The notes under the pieces: model-generated
What the model saw: the letters and a program-made list of their open reading frames with translations, nothing else
Told to the model about the DNA's origin: nothing
The model's database searches: none
Made by a program: the position numbers and the translations under genes
Assembly (NCBI GenBank): GCA_965261005.1
Contig: OZ253375.1
Coordinates: 2,336,001 to 2,400,000 of the forward strand
DNA length: 64,000 nucleotides
Origin: Deinococcus sp.
Lineage (GTDB): Bacteria; Deinococcota; Deinococci; Deinococcales; Deinococcaceae
Direction of reading: 5' to 3'
Part shown: piece by piece, positions 11,417 through 21,792 of the stretch
How positions within the stretch are numbered: position 1 is the stretch's first letter
How the letters are laid out: each line of letters starts with the position of its first letter

Positions 11417-12514
11417 CTACTTCCCGAACTGGTACAAATCCCCCGAGCCGTAGTCGGCCAGGTACAGCTCGCCCGCCTCGTTCTCGCCAAAGGTGGAGAC
11501 GTTGTGGCCGCTGTCCATCAGCTTGCTGGCTTGCCAGCTGTTGCCGCTCTTGGTCGCGGCCCAGATTGTGCCGCTGCCGAAGTCGGCGTAGACGTACTTG
11601 CCCCTCAGGGCGGGCACGGCCCCGCCTCTGTACACGTAACCCCCGGTCACCGAGTTGCCCTGCGCGTGACCGTACTGAAGGATCGGGTTTTGCAAGTTGC
11701 CCTTCTCGCACCCCGAGGCCGGCTGGTAGCAGGCGTCCGCTTCCTTCAGGTGCCAGCCGTAGTTCTGGCCGCCCGCGCTGCCGGTTGGCAGGAAGTTGAT
11801 CTCCTCGTACTTGTTCTGGCCCACGTCGGCGATAAATAAACCTTGTTTATCGAAGCTGAAGCGCCACGGGTTGCGCAGCCCGTAGGCGAAGATCTCGCCG
11901 CGCGCCCCGGCCTTGGTCGCGAAGGGGTTGTCTTTTGGAATGGCGTACCCGTCCCCGCTCACGTCGAGGCGCAGCAGCTTGCCCAGCAGGCTCCCCAGGT
12001 TCTGCGCGTTGTTCTGCGGGTCGCCCGCGCTGCCGCCGTCGCCCATGCCGACGTACAGGTAGCCGTCCGGCCCGAAGGCGAGCTGCCCGCCGTTGTGGTT
12101 CGAGTAGGGCTGCTTGATGGTCAGGAGGATTTTGGCGGAGTTGGGGTCGGCCCGGTCCCCCTTGGCCGTGTAGCGCGCGATCACGGTGTCCCCGTTCTGA
12201 TTGGTGTAGTCCACGAACAGCCGCCCGTTCTGCTTGAACTTGGGATCGAAGGCGAGGCCGAGCAGGCCGCGCTCGCCGCCCGCGCGGGTCAGGTCGCGCA
12301 CGTCCAAAAAGGGCTGAGACAGCACCTTCCCATCCTTCATCACCCTCACCAGGCCGCCCTGCTCCACCACGAAAACGCGCCCCGAGCCGTCGCCGGCGTT
12401 GGTGACGCTGGTCGGCCGCTCGAAGCCCGAGGCCACCTTGACCAGCTTGACGTCCTGCGCCGAGGCCAGCGAGAAAGTAAGAATGGCGCCCAGCGCCAGG
12501 ACTTGTTTGTTCAT
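11417..12514 (-). CDS. PQQ-dependent sugar (glucose/sorbosone) dehydrogenase, secreted
   Basis: Signal peptide; GERGLLGLAFDP, NHNGGQLAFGPDG, GLRNPWRFSFD. Confidence 0.9.
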   Translation of the reverse strand: MNKQVLALGAILTFSLASAQDVKLVKVASGFERPTSVTNAGDGSGRVFVVEQGGLVRVMKDGKVLSQPFLDVRDLTRAGGERGLLGLAFDPKFKQNGRLFVDYTNQNGDTVIARYTAKGDRADPNSAKILLTIKQPYSNHNGGQLAFGPDGYLYVGMGDGGSAGDPQNNAQNLGSLLGKLLRLDVSGDGYAIPKDNPFATKAGARGEIFAYGLRNPWRFSFDKQGLFIADVGQNKYEEINFLPTGSAGGQNYGWHLKEADACYQPASGCEKGNLQNPILQYGHAQGNSVTGGYVYRGGAVPALRGKYVYADFGSGTIWAATKSGNSWQASKLMDSGHNVSTFGENEAGELYLADYGSGDLYQFGK

Positions 12515-12574
12515 GGCCGCAGTTTGGCAGGCGGGGGGGTGAGGATCAGTAAAGCCCTGTGCCATCATGCCCGC

Positions 12575-13405
12575 ATGACGCCGCCCGTGCCCGTTCACAG
12601 CTGGCGCGCGGCCGAGTTGGGCGGTTTTGACTTGCTGCGCGGCAGCTTCACCACCCACGCCTTTGCCCGCCACGCTCACGAAACTTACAGCGTCGGCTTG
12701 CTGGAGCGGGGGGCCATGACCTTCGCTTACCGGGGGAGCGTTCACACGCTGCGGCCGGGGCTGATCGGCCTGATTCACCCGGATGAGGCGCACGACGGGC
12801 ACGCGGACGACCGCGAGGGCTGGACCTACCGCAACTTCTACCCGGCGGCGGCCGTCATGCGGGGCTCCTTTTTTGAAGATGGCGAGAACGCCGTGTGCCT
12901 GCCCCGCTTGCCGGCCGTGATCCACGACCCGCCGCTGCTGCGGGCGCTGGTCATTGCCCACCAAGCCTTTGAATCTTCCGCCTCCAGCCTGGCGCGCGAG
13001 TCCCTGATGCGCGCGACCCTGACGGGCTTGGTGCTGCGCCACGCCGCCCGGCCGCCCGCGCTGCCTATCGCTGGAAAAGAGGCCGGCGCGTTGGCCCTGG
13101 TGCGGGCCAAGCTCGAAGAGGAGTGGGCGAACAACGTCACCCTGGACGAGCTGGCGCACTTGGCGGGCCTGAACGCTTTCACCCTGCTGCGCGTCTTTCG
13201 CCGAGCTTACGGATTGCCGCCGCACGCCTACCAAATTCAGGTGCGGCTGCGCCACGCCAAGCGGCTGCTGCGTGAAGGGGAGACGCCCGCGCAGGCCGCT
13301 TTGCACGCGGGCTTCGCCGACCAAAGTCACCTGGGGCGGCACTTCCGCCGGACCTTCGGCGTCACGCCGCAGCAGTACCGCCGGGGGACGTCAAGAACGT
13401 TCTAG
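12575..13405 (+). CDS. AraC family transcriptional regulator
   Basis: HAFARHAHE cupin domain; C-terminal GFADQSHLGRHFRR. Confidence 0.92.
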   Translation: MTPPVPVHSWRAAELGGFDLLRGSFTTHAFARHAHETYSVGLLERGAMTFAYRGSVHTLRPGLIGLIHPDEAHDGHADDREGWTYRNFYPAAAVMRGSFFEDGENAVCLPRLPAVIHDPPLLRALVIAHQAFESSASSLARESLMRATLTGLVLRHAARPPALPIAGKEAGALALVRAKLEEEWANNVTLDELAHLAGLNAFTLLRVFRRAYGLPPHAYQIQVRLRHAKRLLREGETPAQAALHAGFADQSHLGRHFRRTFGVTPQQYRRGTSRTF

Positions 13406-13438
13406 AACCTGGGGGCCGGCCAGCGCTGGCGTTCGGAG

Positions 13439-14128
13439 ATGCTTGAGATTCGAGTGACCGACCGCTGGCGCGAGACCTTTCCCGGCGGACACGTCGGCGT
13501 TCTGCTGATCGGGAACGTGGACAACACGGGACGCTCGGCGGCCCTGGACCAGAGGAAACGGGAGCTGGAGGGGCGCTTGCGCGAGCAGTTTGGGAATCGG
13601 TCCCGCGCGGAGCTGCAAGAGCTGGAGGTGCTGAGGGCTTACCGCGACTACTACAAGCAGTTCGATCAGACCTACCACGTTCAGCTTCAATTGGAGTCGG
13701 TGGCCCACAAGGGGAAAGCCCTGCCGAACGTCAGCCCGCTGGTGGACGCGAGCTTTGCCGCCGAGCTGGACACCCTGGTCCTGACCGCCAGCCACGACGC
13801 CGACTCGCTGGAAGGGCCGCTCACCCTGGACGCCACGCGCGGCGGTGAGGCGTTCACCCAGATGAACGGCTCGGCCCGCACCCTCAAGCCGGGCGACATG
13901 ATGATGGCCGACGCTGGGGGTGTGGTCTGCACCATCCTCTACGGCCAGGACCGCCGCACGCCGGTCTCACCGCAGACCCGCCGCGCCCTGTATGTCGCCT
14001 ACGCGCCGCCGGGCGTGCCGGAAGAGGCGGTGCGGCGGCAGCTGGAGGCCATCCGCGAGAACGTCCTGCTGTTCGCGCCGGGGGCGGTGACGGAGGGGCG
14101 GCAGATGTACGCGGTAAGGCGGGAATGA
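13439..14128 (+). CDS. B3/B4 (PheRS editing-like) domain protein
   Basis: AYRDYYKQF, LPNVSPLVD, DxDxLxGxLxL pattern. Confidence 0.75.
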   Translation: MLEIRVTDRWRETFPGGHVGVLLIGNVDNTGRSAALDQRKRELEGRLREQFGNRSRAELQELEVLRAYRDYYKQFDQTYHVQLQLESVAHKGKALPNVSPLVDASFAAELDTLVLTASHDADSLEGPLTLDATRGGEAFTQMNGSARTLKPGDMMMADAGGVVCTILYGQDRRTPVSPQTRRALYVAYAPPGVPEEAVRRQLEAIRENVLLFAPGAVTEGRQMYAVRRE

Positions 14129-14155
14129 GTTGGACTGAACGGGCTAGACTAATCC

Positions 14156-14503
14156 ATGCTCACCATCGGCTCCATCGTCTGGGGCGTCCGGGACGTGCCG
14201 CGCGCCATCCGCTTCTGGACGGAAGCTCTGAACTATAAGCCGCGCGAAGAACCGTCCGGGGATTGGGCCGTCCTGGTTCCGGCGGAGGGGCCGGGGCCGC
14301 AACTCGCCGTCAAGCTGGTCACGTCGGAGGCGGGGAACCACCGGCGCCATCACCTCGACTTGTACGCCGGGGATCAAGGGGCGGAGGTCGAGCGCCTCCT
14401 TCGGCTCGGCGCCGAGCGGGTGGAGTGGCGCTACGGACCGGGCGCCGACTACGTCGTGCTGGCGGACCCGGACGGCAACCGCTTCTGCGTCGTGCAGAAG
14501 TGA
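14156..14503 (+). CDS. VOC/glyoxalase family protein
   Basis: RFWTEAL, RHHLDL, VLADPDGNRFCV. Confidence 0.88.
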   Translation: MLTIGSIVWGVRDVPRAIRFWTEALNYKPREEPSGDWAVLVPAEGPGPQLAVKLVTSEAGNHRRHHLDLYAGDQGAEVERLLRLGAERVEWRYGPGADYVVLADPDGNRFCVVQK

Positions 14504-15354
14504 CGGCCTCGCCCATTCTCGACCTCGCCGGCGTCACGCTGGAGGTCAACCACCTGGCGCGCGGGGTGCGCTTTTACGTTCAGGTGCTGGGCCTGACCCT
14601 CGTGCGTCACGACCCGAGCCTTGGCGTGGCCGAGCTGGCGGTGAACCCGCACCAAAGCCTGACGCTGTGGCAGCCCATCACCCGCGTGCAGCCCGACCCT
14701 CGCCTCGCCCGCCTGGGGGCGCGCGGGGCGGCCCACCTGCACTACGCTTGGCAGGTGTTGCCGGGGGCCTTGCCGGGTTGCCGGGAAGTTTTAGAAGCGC
14801 AGGGCGTGGCGTACCAGGACATCAACCTCGGCACAGAGGAGAAACCCGATTGGGGCGTGTACTTCTTCGATCCCTTCGGGCACGGGCTGGAGCTGCGAGA
14901 GGTGGACCCAGGGGACGCGCGCCAACCGCTGTTCAGCCCCAGCTTCATAGAGCGCCCCCCCCACGCCCTGCCGGTGGTCGGGCTGCGCGAGGCGGCCCTG
15001 GCCTTTTTCGACTACGCCGCCATGAAGGAGCGCTTGCCGAGGGCCTACGGCTTGGCGCTGTTCAAGGAGCAGGCGGGGCGCGACTTCGCCCAGTTCACCC
15101 TCGCGCGTGAGGCCGCCGAGGACGGCAACGGCACCCCCCAGCGCTGGCTCTACGCCTGGGACCCGCAGGTGGGTCTGGCCGACATGCTGGGCGGCGACCA
15201 CGCCACGCTGCGCTTTTACGCGGACGTGGAGACGGTGGCGGGGTTGGTTGAGAAGGCCGGCCTGGACCACATTTACGACGACTTGGGCTTGGCCGTCCGC
15301 GACCCGGAAGGTCACGTGTTCGAGTTCGTCTCCTCTTCCAGCGCCTCGCGGTAG
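14500..15354 (+). CDS. VOC family protein (two-domain)
   Basis: GTG start overlaps the upstream stop; RFYVQVLGL, YFFDPFGHGLEL, RDPEGHVFEF. Confidence 0.8.
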   Translation: MTASPILDLAGVTLEVNHLARGVRFYVQVLGLTLVRHDPSLGVAELAVNPHQSLTLWQPITRVQPDPRLARLGARGAAHLHYAWQVLPGALPGCREVLEAQGVAYQDINLGTEEKPDWGVYFFDPFGHGLELREVDPGDARQPLFSPSFIERPPHALPVVGLREAALAFFDYAAMKERLPRAYGLALFKEQAGRDFAQFTLAREAAEDGNGTPQRWLYAWDPQVGLADMLGGDHATLRFYADVETVAGLVEKAGLDHIYDDLGLAVRDPEGHVFEFVSSSSASR

Positions 15355-15704
15355 GCCGCCTGGGTCCCCGACAGGCCGGGCAGCAGGGCCAGGCCGCGCA
15401 GCAGGTTGCCGCGCGCCTTCAGCTCACCGCTCGACAAGGCGTGCATGACGTTGAGCTTGCCGGACCAGAAGTGGTTGATCGCGTCGCCCGTCATCTCGAA
15501 AATGAGGTCGGGCGCCGGCTCCAGGGTGTCCCAGCGCGCCGTCACTTCCCCGCCGCGCCCGTCGAGCAGCAGGGTCAGCTCCGGGTCGTGGTGGACGAAG
15601 GCGACCGCCAGCCCCGCCTTGGTCAGGGCCGCGTCCGCGTCGCCGCCCGCGCGCCGGGCCAGCATGCGCTCTAAACGTGTTTTGAGCTGTTCGCAAGAGG
15701 TCAT
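15312..15704 (-). CDS. SCP2 sterol-carrier-like protein
   Basis: PDLIFEM...FWSGKLNVMHALSSGELKARGN pattern. Confidence 0.7.
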   Translation of the reverse strand: MTSCEQLKTRLERMLARRAGGDADAALTKAGLAVAFVHHDPELTLLLDGRGGEVTARWDTLEPAPDLIFEMTGDAINHFWSGKLNVMHALSSGELKARGNLLRGLALLPGLSGTQAAYREALEEETNSNT

Positions 15705-15767
15705 GTTTCCAAGATGCGCCGGCGCCCACCGGCAAGGCTGTAGCATGTCGCCATCTTTGGAGGTGGC

Positions 15768-16814
<1,047 letters not shown>

Positions 16815-17725
16815 GTGCGGGCCGTGCGTGTGGTGGCGCCCGCGTCGAGCGCCAACTTGGGGCCGGGCTTCGATTGCGTGGGCCTCGCGCTCTCGCTGTA
16901 CACCAGCGTGTTGGCCGAGCTGTCGGAGGTGCCGGAGGTTGTCACCGACTTGCCGGGCGTGCCGAAAGACGAGACCAACGCCGTGTACGCCGCCGCGCTG
17001 CTCTCAGCGCGTGCCGCCGGGCGAAGCTTGCCCCCGCTGCGCCTGACGGTGCGCAGCGAGGTGCCGCTGGCGCGCGGCCTGGGGTCGAGTGCGGCGGCCT
17101 TGGTGGCGGGGTTGCTGGCCGGCAACGCGCTGTTGGGGGAACCGCTGTCCCGGGGGGACCTGCTCGACCTGGCCGCAAGCGAGGAGGGCCACCCCGACAA
17201 CGTGGGCGCCTGCCTGCTGGGGGGGGCGGTGGTGGCGACCCTGGCGCGCGGCCGGGTGAGCGTGGTGCGCGCCGCGCCGCCGCCCGACTTGGGCGCGCTG
17301 CTGCTGATTCCCGACTTCGAGCTGCGCACCAGTGAGGCGCGGCGGGTCTTGCCGCTCAATTACTCGCGCGCCGACGCGGTTCACGCCCTGTCGCACGCGG
17401 CCCTGCTGGCGGCGGCCTTGGTCACGGGGGACCTGCCCGCCCTTGGGGCGGCCATGCACGACCGTCTGCACGAGCCGTACCGCGCCCGCTTGGTGCCTGG
17501 CCTGAGCGACGTGCTGGAGGAAGCGCGCGACCACGGCGCCCTGGGCGCGGCCCTCTCCGGCGCCGGTCCCAGCGTGCTGTGCTTTTATGACCGCCGCGAA
17601 GGGGGCGCCCGCGAGCGCCTGAACGCCTTTTGGCCCGCGTGCTGCGCCAGCACGAATTGACCGGCAAGGTTTTACCCCTTCAAGTGGAGGGGCGGGGCGC
17701 GCGGGTAGAAACGCTGGCTGGATAG
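16815..17725 (+). CDS. thrB: homoserine kinase with an apparent 1-nt deletion at 17628-17631
   Basis: [34 protein letters not shown]; the shifted frame gives a C-terminus ending GARVETLAG at 17725. Confidence 0.9.
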
Positions 17726-17759
17726 GGCGGGCAAGCTCTGCCCTTCGGCGGAATCCGTA

Positions 17760-18275
17760 TCACCCCCGCCAAATCGCCCAATGCTCGTCCAGCGCGTCCA
17801 TTTGCTCGGACGTGCGCCCGCCCGCGCGCAGCAGGGCCATGATTTGGCCTCTGTGATGGCTGTCGTGAACGATGGTGTGTTGAAGGAAGTGGGCGGGGCT
17901 GGACTGGTAGGTGCCCTCGTTCCAGGGGTCGGGAAAGGTGCGGCCCTCGTCCAGCGCGCTTTGCACGGCCTGCACGGCGGCGGCGTCCCCGGCCCCCAAG
18001 GCGGCGGCCAGCGCCTGCGGGTCGCGGGTGGTCAGGGCGAACGAGTTCTCTCCGACAGGGGCGCACACGGCGGGTAGGTTCTCGGCGTGGGCAGGCGAGA
18101 TGATCGAGAGCCAGTCCTGGCGGAAGTTCGCCAGATGGCCCAAGTGCTGCCCCACCGTCCAGCCGCCGCGCCCGTCGGACAGGTCAAGATCGGCCTCCGA
18201 AATGGCGTTCAGCAACACTTCGTTCACGCGGGCGTTGCGGCGGAAGGATTCGAGCAGGAGTGTCAGGTCGTTCAT
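17760..18275 (-). CDS. DinB/YfiT family protein
   Basis: His triad: LGHL...VHDSHHRGQ. Confidence 0.9.
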   Translation of the reverse strand: MNDLTLLLESFRRNARVNEVLLNAISEADLDLSDGRGGWTVGQHLGHLANFRQDWLSIISPAHAENLPAVCAPVGENSFALTTRDPQALAAALGAGDAAAVQAVQSALDEGRTFPDPWNEGTYQSSPAHFLQHTIVHDSHHRGQIMALLRAGGRTSEQMDALDEHWAIWRG

Positions 18276-18337
18276 GGGGGTTCTCCTATGAAGCTCTGTT
18301 GTGGGAAGGTCGGGTGACCGTGGGTCACGCGGGATGG

Positions 18338-18847
18338 TCACTTGCGCCAGATGTCCCACTGCTCTTCCAGCTTGTCCAGCCGTTCCGGGGGGTAGCCGCC
18401 CTGACGGAGGAGAGCGACGATCTGGCCCCGGTGGTTGGCGTCATGGACGATCATGTAGAGCAGGAAGTGCGCGGGGTTTGACGGAAAGGTATCCACGCCT
18501 CGTGGGTCGGCAAAAGGTTCACCGTTCTCCAGATGCGCTTGTACGGCCTGAATAGCCGCGTCGTCACCAGCGGTCAACATGGCCCTGATCGTGGCCCGGT
18601 CATTCGTGTGCCAGCCCCAGATGGACTCTCCACGGGTGATGGCTAGGCTGGAAGCCGCGAGGGCTGGCGACATCTCCTGCAACCAACCACCACGGGACGC
18701 GCCCATGTGACTGAACATCTGTGCGACGGTCATGCCGCCCTGGCCGTCGGAGCGGGCCAGATCGGCGTCGGTCAGTTCATCCAACAGGAAAGTGTTCACG
18801 CGGGCGTTGCGGCGGAAGGATTCGTGAAGCAAAGTCAGGTCGTTCGT
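18338..18847 (-). CDS. DinB family protein; start codon position reads ACG
   Basis: Paralog of 17760-18275; HDANHRGQ; AAGGGGA then ACG AAC GAC CTG aligns to the paralog's ATG AAC GAC CTG. Confidence 0.85.
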   Translation of the reverse strand, partial: TNDLTLLHESFRRNARVNTFLLDELTDADLARSDGQGGMTVAQMFSHMGASRGGWLQEMSPALAASSLAITRGESIWGWHTNDRATIRAMLTAGDDAAIQAVQAHLENGEPFADPRGVDTFPSNPAHFLLYMIVHDANHRGQIVALLRQGGYPPERLDKLEEQWDIWRK

Positions 18848-18880
18848 GACTTCCCCTTTCTCAGAAATTCTTGTGTCCGC

Positions 18881-19390
18881 TCAGACGGACGGCAGGTAAA
18901 ACAGCAGGTCGAGCGAGGGCGGCTTGACGCCCTGCGTGCGCAGCAGCGCGGCGATCTGCGCGGTGTGCCGGACCTCGTGCAGCATGACGTGCCACAGCAG
19001 GCCGTCCAGCTTGAAGCGCTCCGTGGGCGAGTCGTCCACCAGCCGTTCCAAGTCCGCGTCCGTCAGCGTGCTCAGGTAGGTGAGGGTGCTCTGTTCCACC
19101 ACTCGCCAGTAGTCCAGTAAATCTGCCAAGGGGAACTTCGCGTAGACGGGGCCGTTTCCGGCCGCTTTCAGGGCGGGAAAGGCGTCCTCCACGGGCGTGT
19201 CTTGCAGGATGGTGAAGTGAATCCAGCCGTCCTCCACGTTGGCCGTGTGAAATACCAAGTCCTTGATGGAGTGAAACTGTTCGCCTTGCAGCAGGCGGCG
19301 GGACAGCAGCTCGTCCGGCACAGCTTCCAGCGCGGTCCACAGATCGCGGCGGGCGCGCATCAGATAGTCATAGGTTTCGGGAATGTTCAT
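18881..19390 (-). CDS. DinB family protein
   Basis: SIKDLVFH...HVMLHEVRHTAQI. Confidence 0.9.
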   Translation of the reverse strand: MNIPETYDYLMRARRDLWTALEAVPDELLSRRLLQGEQFHSIKDLVFHTANVEDGWIHFTILQDTPVEDAFPALKAAGNGPVYAKFPLADLLDYWRVVEQSTLTYLSTLTDADLERLVDDSPTERFKLDGLLWHVMLHEVRHTAQIAALLRTQGVKPPSLDLLFYLPSV

Positions 19391-19406
19391 GCTGTCTCCT
19401 GCTTTG

Positions 19407-19691
19407 TCAACGCACTTCGAGCCGCACCGTTATTTCCTCGCCCTCCTCTAGGCGCTCCGCCTTCCGAACGCTCGCCTTGACGGGCACGAGGTAGCGGCCG
19501 TCCTTGGGAAACAGCGAGGTCTTCCACTCGGTTGCGCCGACCCTGGCCCGGACCGGAATCATGCCCCAGCCATACGTCACGAAGCTTGAGGCGGTTTTCA
19601 AGTCGAGGCACTGCTCTTCCGGAACGGTCAGGAAGTACCACGGGGCGGGGCCGCGCCAGTACCAAAGCTGGCCGCTGAACTCGAAGGTCAC
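19407..19691 (-). CDS. DUF1905 domain protein
   Basis: FEFSGQLWYWRGPAPWYF, WGMIPV, WKTSLFPK, VPVKASVRKAE. Confidence 0.85.
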   Translation of the reverse strand: MTFEFSGQLWYWRGPAPWYFLTVPEEQCLDLKTASSFVTYGWGMIPVRARVGATEWKTSLFPKDGRYLVPVKASVRKAERLEEGEEITVRLEVR

Positions 19692-19840
19692 TTCATCGTT
19701 TCCAGAAGTCCGGCGGCGCGGGCGTGAAGGGTAAACAGCTGATCGTCGGGAAACGCCTCGATCACCCGCCGGGTCAGGCGGCGGTGCCCTTGCCAGTACT
19801 CCAACAGGTCGGCGGGGCGCATGATGTGTGAATCGGTCAT
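19688..19840 (-). pseudogene. internally deleted DinB paralog
   Basis: N-terminus LLEYWQGHRRLTRRVIEAFPDDQLF matches 20232-20720, directly followed out of frame by C-terminal PPDFWKR*. Confidence 0.8.
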
Positions 19841-19849
19841 GTCGTCCTC

Positions 19850-20242
19850 TCAAGCTTCGGGCAGGGCGTAGGTGAGGGTGTAGTGGTGCACCTTATTCAC
19901 AATTTGTAGGTCAAGCTGACCGCTCAGCCCCGTCAATTCTCCAGTTCCAGAATCGGGAACCACCTCGTAGGTCAGGCGCTGCTGGCCGCGTTCGCTGACG
20001 CCGGCGTGAAAGAAGGCAAAACTTCCCCGGCGGCCGTGCAGCGCGGCGCGGACGACCTCGATGGCGACGTACACCGCCGAACCCCGCACGGGCGTCATGA
20101 AGGAGAGCATTTCGACGCTACTTTGCCCGGCCAGGTCGCCGCTCCACTCTTTGTCCAGCAGCGTTCGCGCGATGTCGGGAACGGCCTGCGTGGGCGCGTC
20201 CCCGGCGCGCCGGCTGACCGCAAAGGTTCCCTCAGCGTTCAT
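19850..20242 (-). CDS. DUF3224 family protein
   Basis: KEWSGDLAG, YVAIE, LHGRRGSF, VVPDSGTGELTGLSG. Confidence 0.88.
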   Translation of the reverse strand: MNAEGTFAVSRRAGDAPTQAVPDIARTLLDKEWSGDLAGQSSVEMLSFMTPVRGSAVYVAIEVVRAALHGRRGSFAFFHAGVSERGQQRLTYEVVPDSGTGELTGLSGQLDLQIVNKVHHYTLTYALPEA

Positions 20243-20720
20243 AAAAGGCGGGCGGCTCCAGCCCCAGCGCCCGCAGGTAGACGTACCCTTGCCCCCGGTG
20301 GTGAATCTCGTTGTCAATGGCGTAGATGGCGGCGTCCCAGCCGCTCATCTCACCCCAGGGCAAGGCGTGCATGCGGGGAAAGAGGGCCAGGTCCACCTTC
20401 GGCACTTCCGCCTCGATGCGCGCCGTCAGTTCATCCCAGGCGTTCAGCAACTCGGCGCGGTCCTGCGACACGCCGTTTCGCCAATTGGACATGGTCCACT
20501 CGCCGGTCAGCAAACCCGTCAGCGTCAGTTCGCTCACCTGATGAATTTCCCAGGCCAGGACACCGAAGGGGCGCATTTTGCCCACGCTGAAGCTGAAGAG
20601 TTGGTCTTCCGGGAACGCCAGGGTCACCCGGCGGGTCAGGCGGCGGTGCCCTTGCCAGTGGGCCAGAAACTGGGTGGGCGACAGGAGCGCGGGCGAATCA
20701 GCTGTGGGCGTATTCATCAT
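20232..20720 (-). CDS. DinB family protein
   Basis: WQGHRRLTRRV, DNEIHHRGQGYVYLR. Confidence 0.92.
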   Translation of the reverse strand: MMNTPTADSPALLSPTQFLAHWQGHRRLTRRVTLAFPEDQLFSFSVGKMRPFGVLAWEIHQVSELTLTGLLTGEWTMSNWRNGVSQDRAELLNAWDELTARIEAEVPKVDLALFPRMHALPWGEMSGWDAAIYAIDNEIHHRGQGYVYLRALGLEPPAFYER

Positions 20721-20753
20721 CTCGACCTCCGATGGCAGCGTAACCTCAATTCC

Positions 20754-20768
20754 CGTCAGAACGTGACG
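20754..20768. promoter_or_regulatory. palindrome CGTCA-N5-TGACG, candidate WYL-regulator operator
   Basis: Inverted repeat in the 70-bp spacer between the divergent dinB cluster and WYL gene. Confidence 0.5.
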
Positions 20769-20790
20769 CAAAAACCGATTAAGCTAAGGC

Positions 20791-21738
20791 ATGTACGACC
20801 CATCCATGCGGGTGCTGACCGTGCTGGAGCTGCTGCAAGCCCGTGAAAGCGTGACCGGCGCCGAGCTGGCCGCCGTGCTGGAGGTCAGCCCGCGCACGGT
20901 GCAGCGCTACGTGGCGCGGCTGCAAGACCTGGGCATCCCCGTGGAGGGCAAGCGCGGCGTGGGCGGGGCCTACCGCCTGAAGCCGGGCGCCCGCCTACCG
21001 CCGCTGATGTTCACGGGGGAGGAGGCGCTGAGTTTGGCCCTCGGTTTGCGGGCGCTGCGCTACCTGGGCCTCAGCGCCCTCACCCCGGCGGCGCACGCGG
21101 CCGGGGCCAAGCTGGCGCGCACCTTGCCCCAAGCGCTGCGCGAGACGGTGGCGGCGCTGGAGGATGCAGTGCAGCTGGACGCCTCGCCGTGGGTGGTCCA
21201 GACCGACGCGGCGCTGCTGGGCGCCTTGCTGGCGGCCGTGCGGGAATCGCGGACGGTGGCGTTCCGCTACACCGACCTGGAGGGCCGGGCCAGCGAGCGG
21301 CGCGCGGACATCTACCGGGCGCTGCACTTGGGCGGGCGCTGGTACGCGGTGGGCCGCTGCCACTTACGCCACGCCCTGCGCTCGTTCCGGCTCGACCGGC
21401 TGAGCGAACTGTGCGCCCTGGACGAGACCTTCGACGCGCCGCCCGACTTCGACGCGCTGGCCTACCTGCGCGCCAGCCTGCCGGGAAGGCCGACCGCCCA
21501 CCGCGTCAGCGTCTGGCTGGACGCCCCGCCGGCGGAGCTGCGCGGGCGCCTCTCGGTCTGGTTCACCGAGATCGTCCCCGAGGGGGGCGGTACCCGCCTG
21601 CGTGGCGAGCGCGAGGACCTGCCGAGCTTCGCCGCCTTTTTGCTGGGCGTGGGCTACGACTTCCGGGTGGAGGGCCCGCCAGAGCTGCTGGACGTGTTCG
21701 AGGTGCTGGAGGGGCGCTGCCGTAAGTCAAGAATGTAA
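20791..21738 (+). CDS. YafY-type HTH-WYL transcriptional regulator
   Basis: LEVSPRTVQRY HTH, PPLMFT, WYAVGRCHLRHALRSFRLDR. Confidence 0.93.
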   Translation: MYDPSMRVLTVLELLQARESVTGAELAAVLEVSPRTVQRYVARLQDLGIPVEGKRGVGGAYRLKPGARLPPLMFTGEEALSLALGLRALRYLGLSALTPAAHAAGAKLARTLPQALRETVAALEDAVQLDASPWVVQTDAALLGALLAAVRESRTVAFRYTDLEGRASERRADIYRALHLGGRWYAVGRCHLRHALRSFRLDRLSELCALDETFDAPPDFDALAYLRASLPGRPTAHRVSVWLDAPPAELRGRLSVWFTEIVPEGGGTRLRGEREDLPSFAAFLLGVGYDFRVEGPPELLDVFEVLEGRCRKSRM

Positions 21739-21757
21739 ACCATAACTTGACAATTAG

Positions 21758-21769
21758 ATATATCTAGGT
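21758..21769. promoter_or_regulatory. palindrome TAGATATATCTA within a TTGACA...TACAAC promoter
   Basis: Perfect 12-bp palindrome in the promoter spacer upstream of 21793. Confidence 0.45.
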
Positions 21770-21792
21770 TTACAACTAGCTCGGAGGTAGCC

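Noticed and set aside
21722..21738. RDRM-like GTAAGTCAAGAATGTAA at the end of the WYL gene
   Set aside because: Three mismatches at conserved positions; too weak to call
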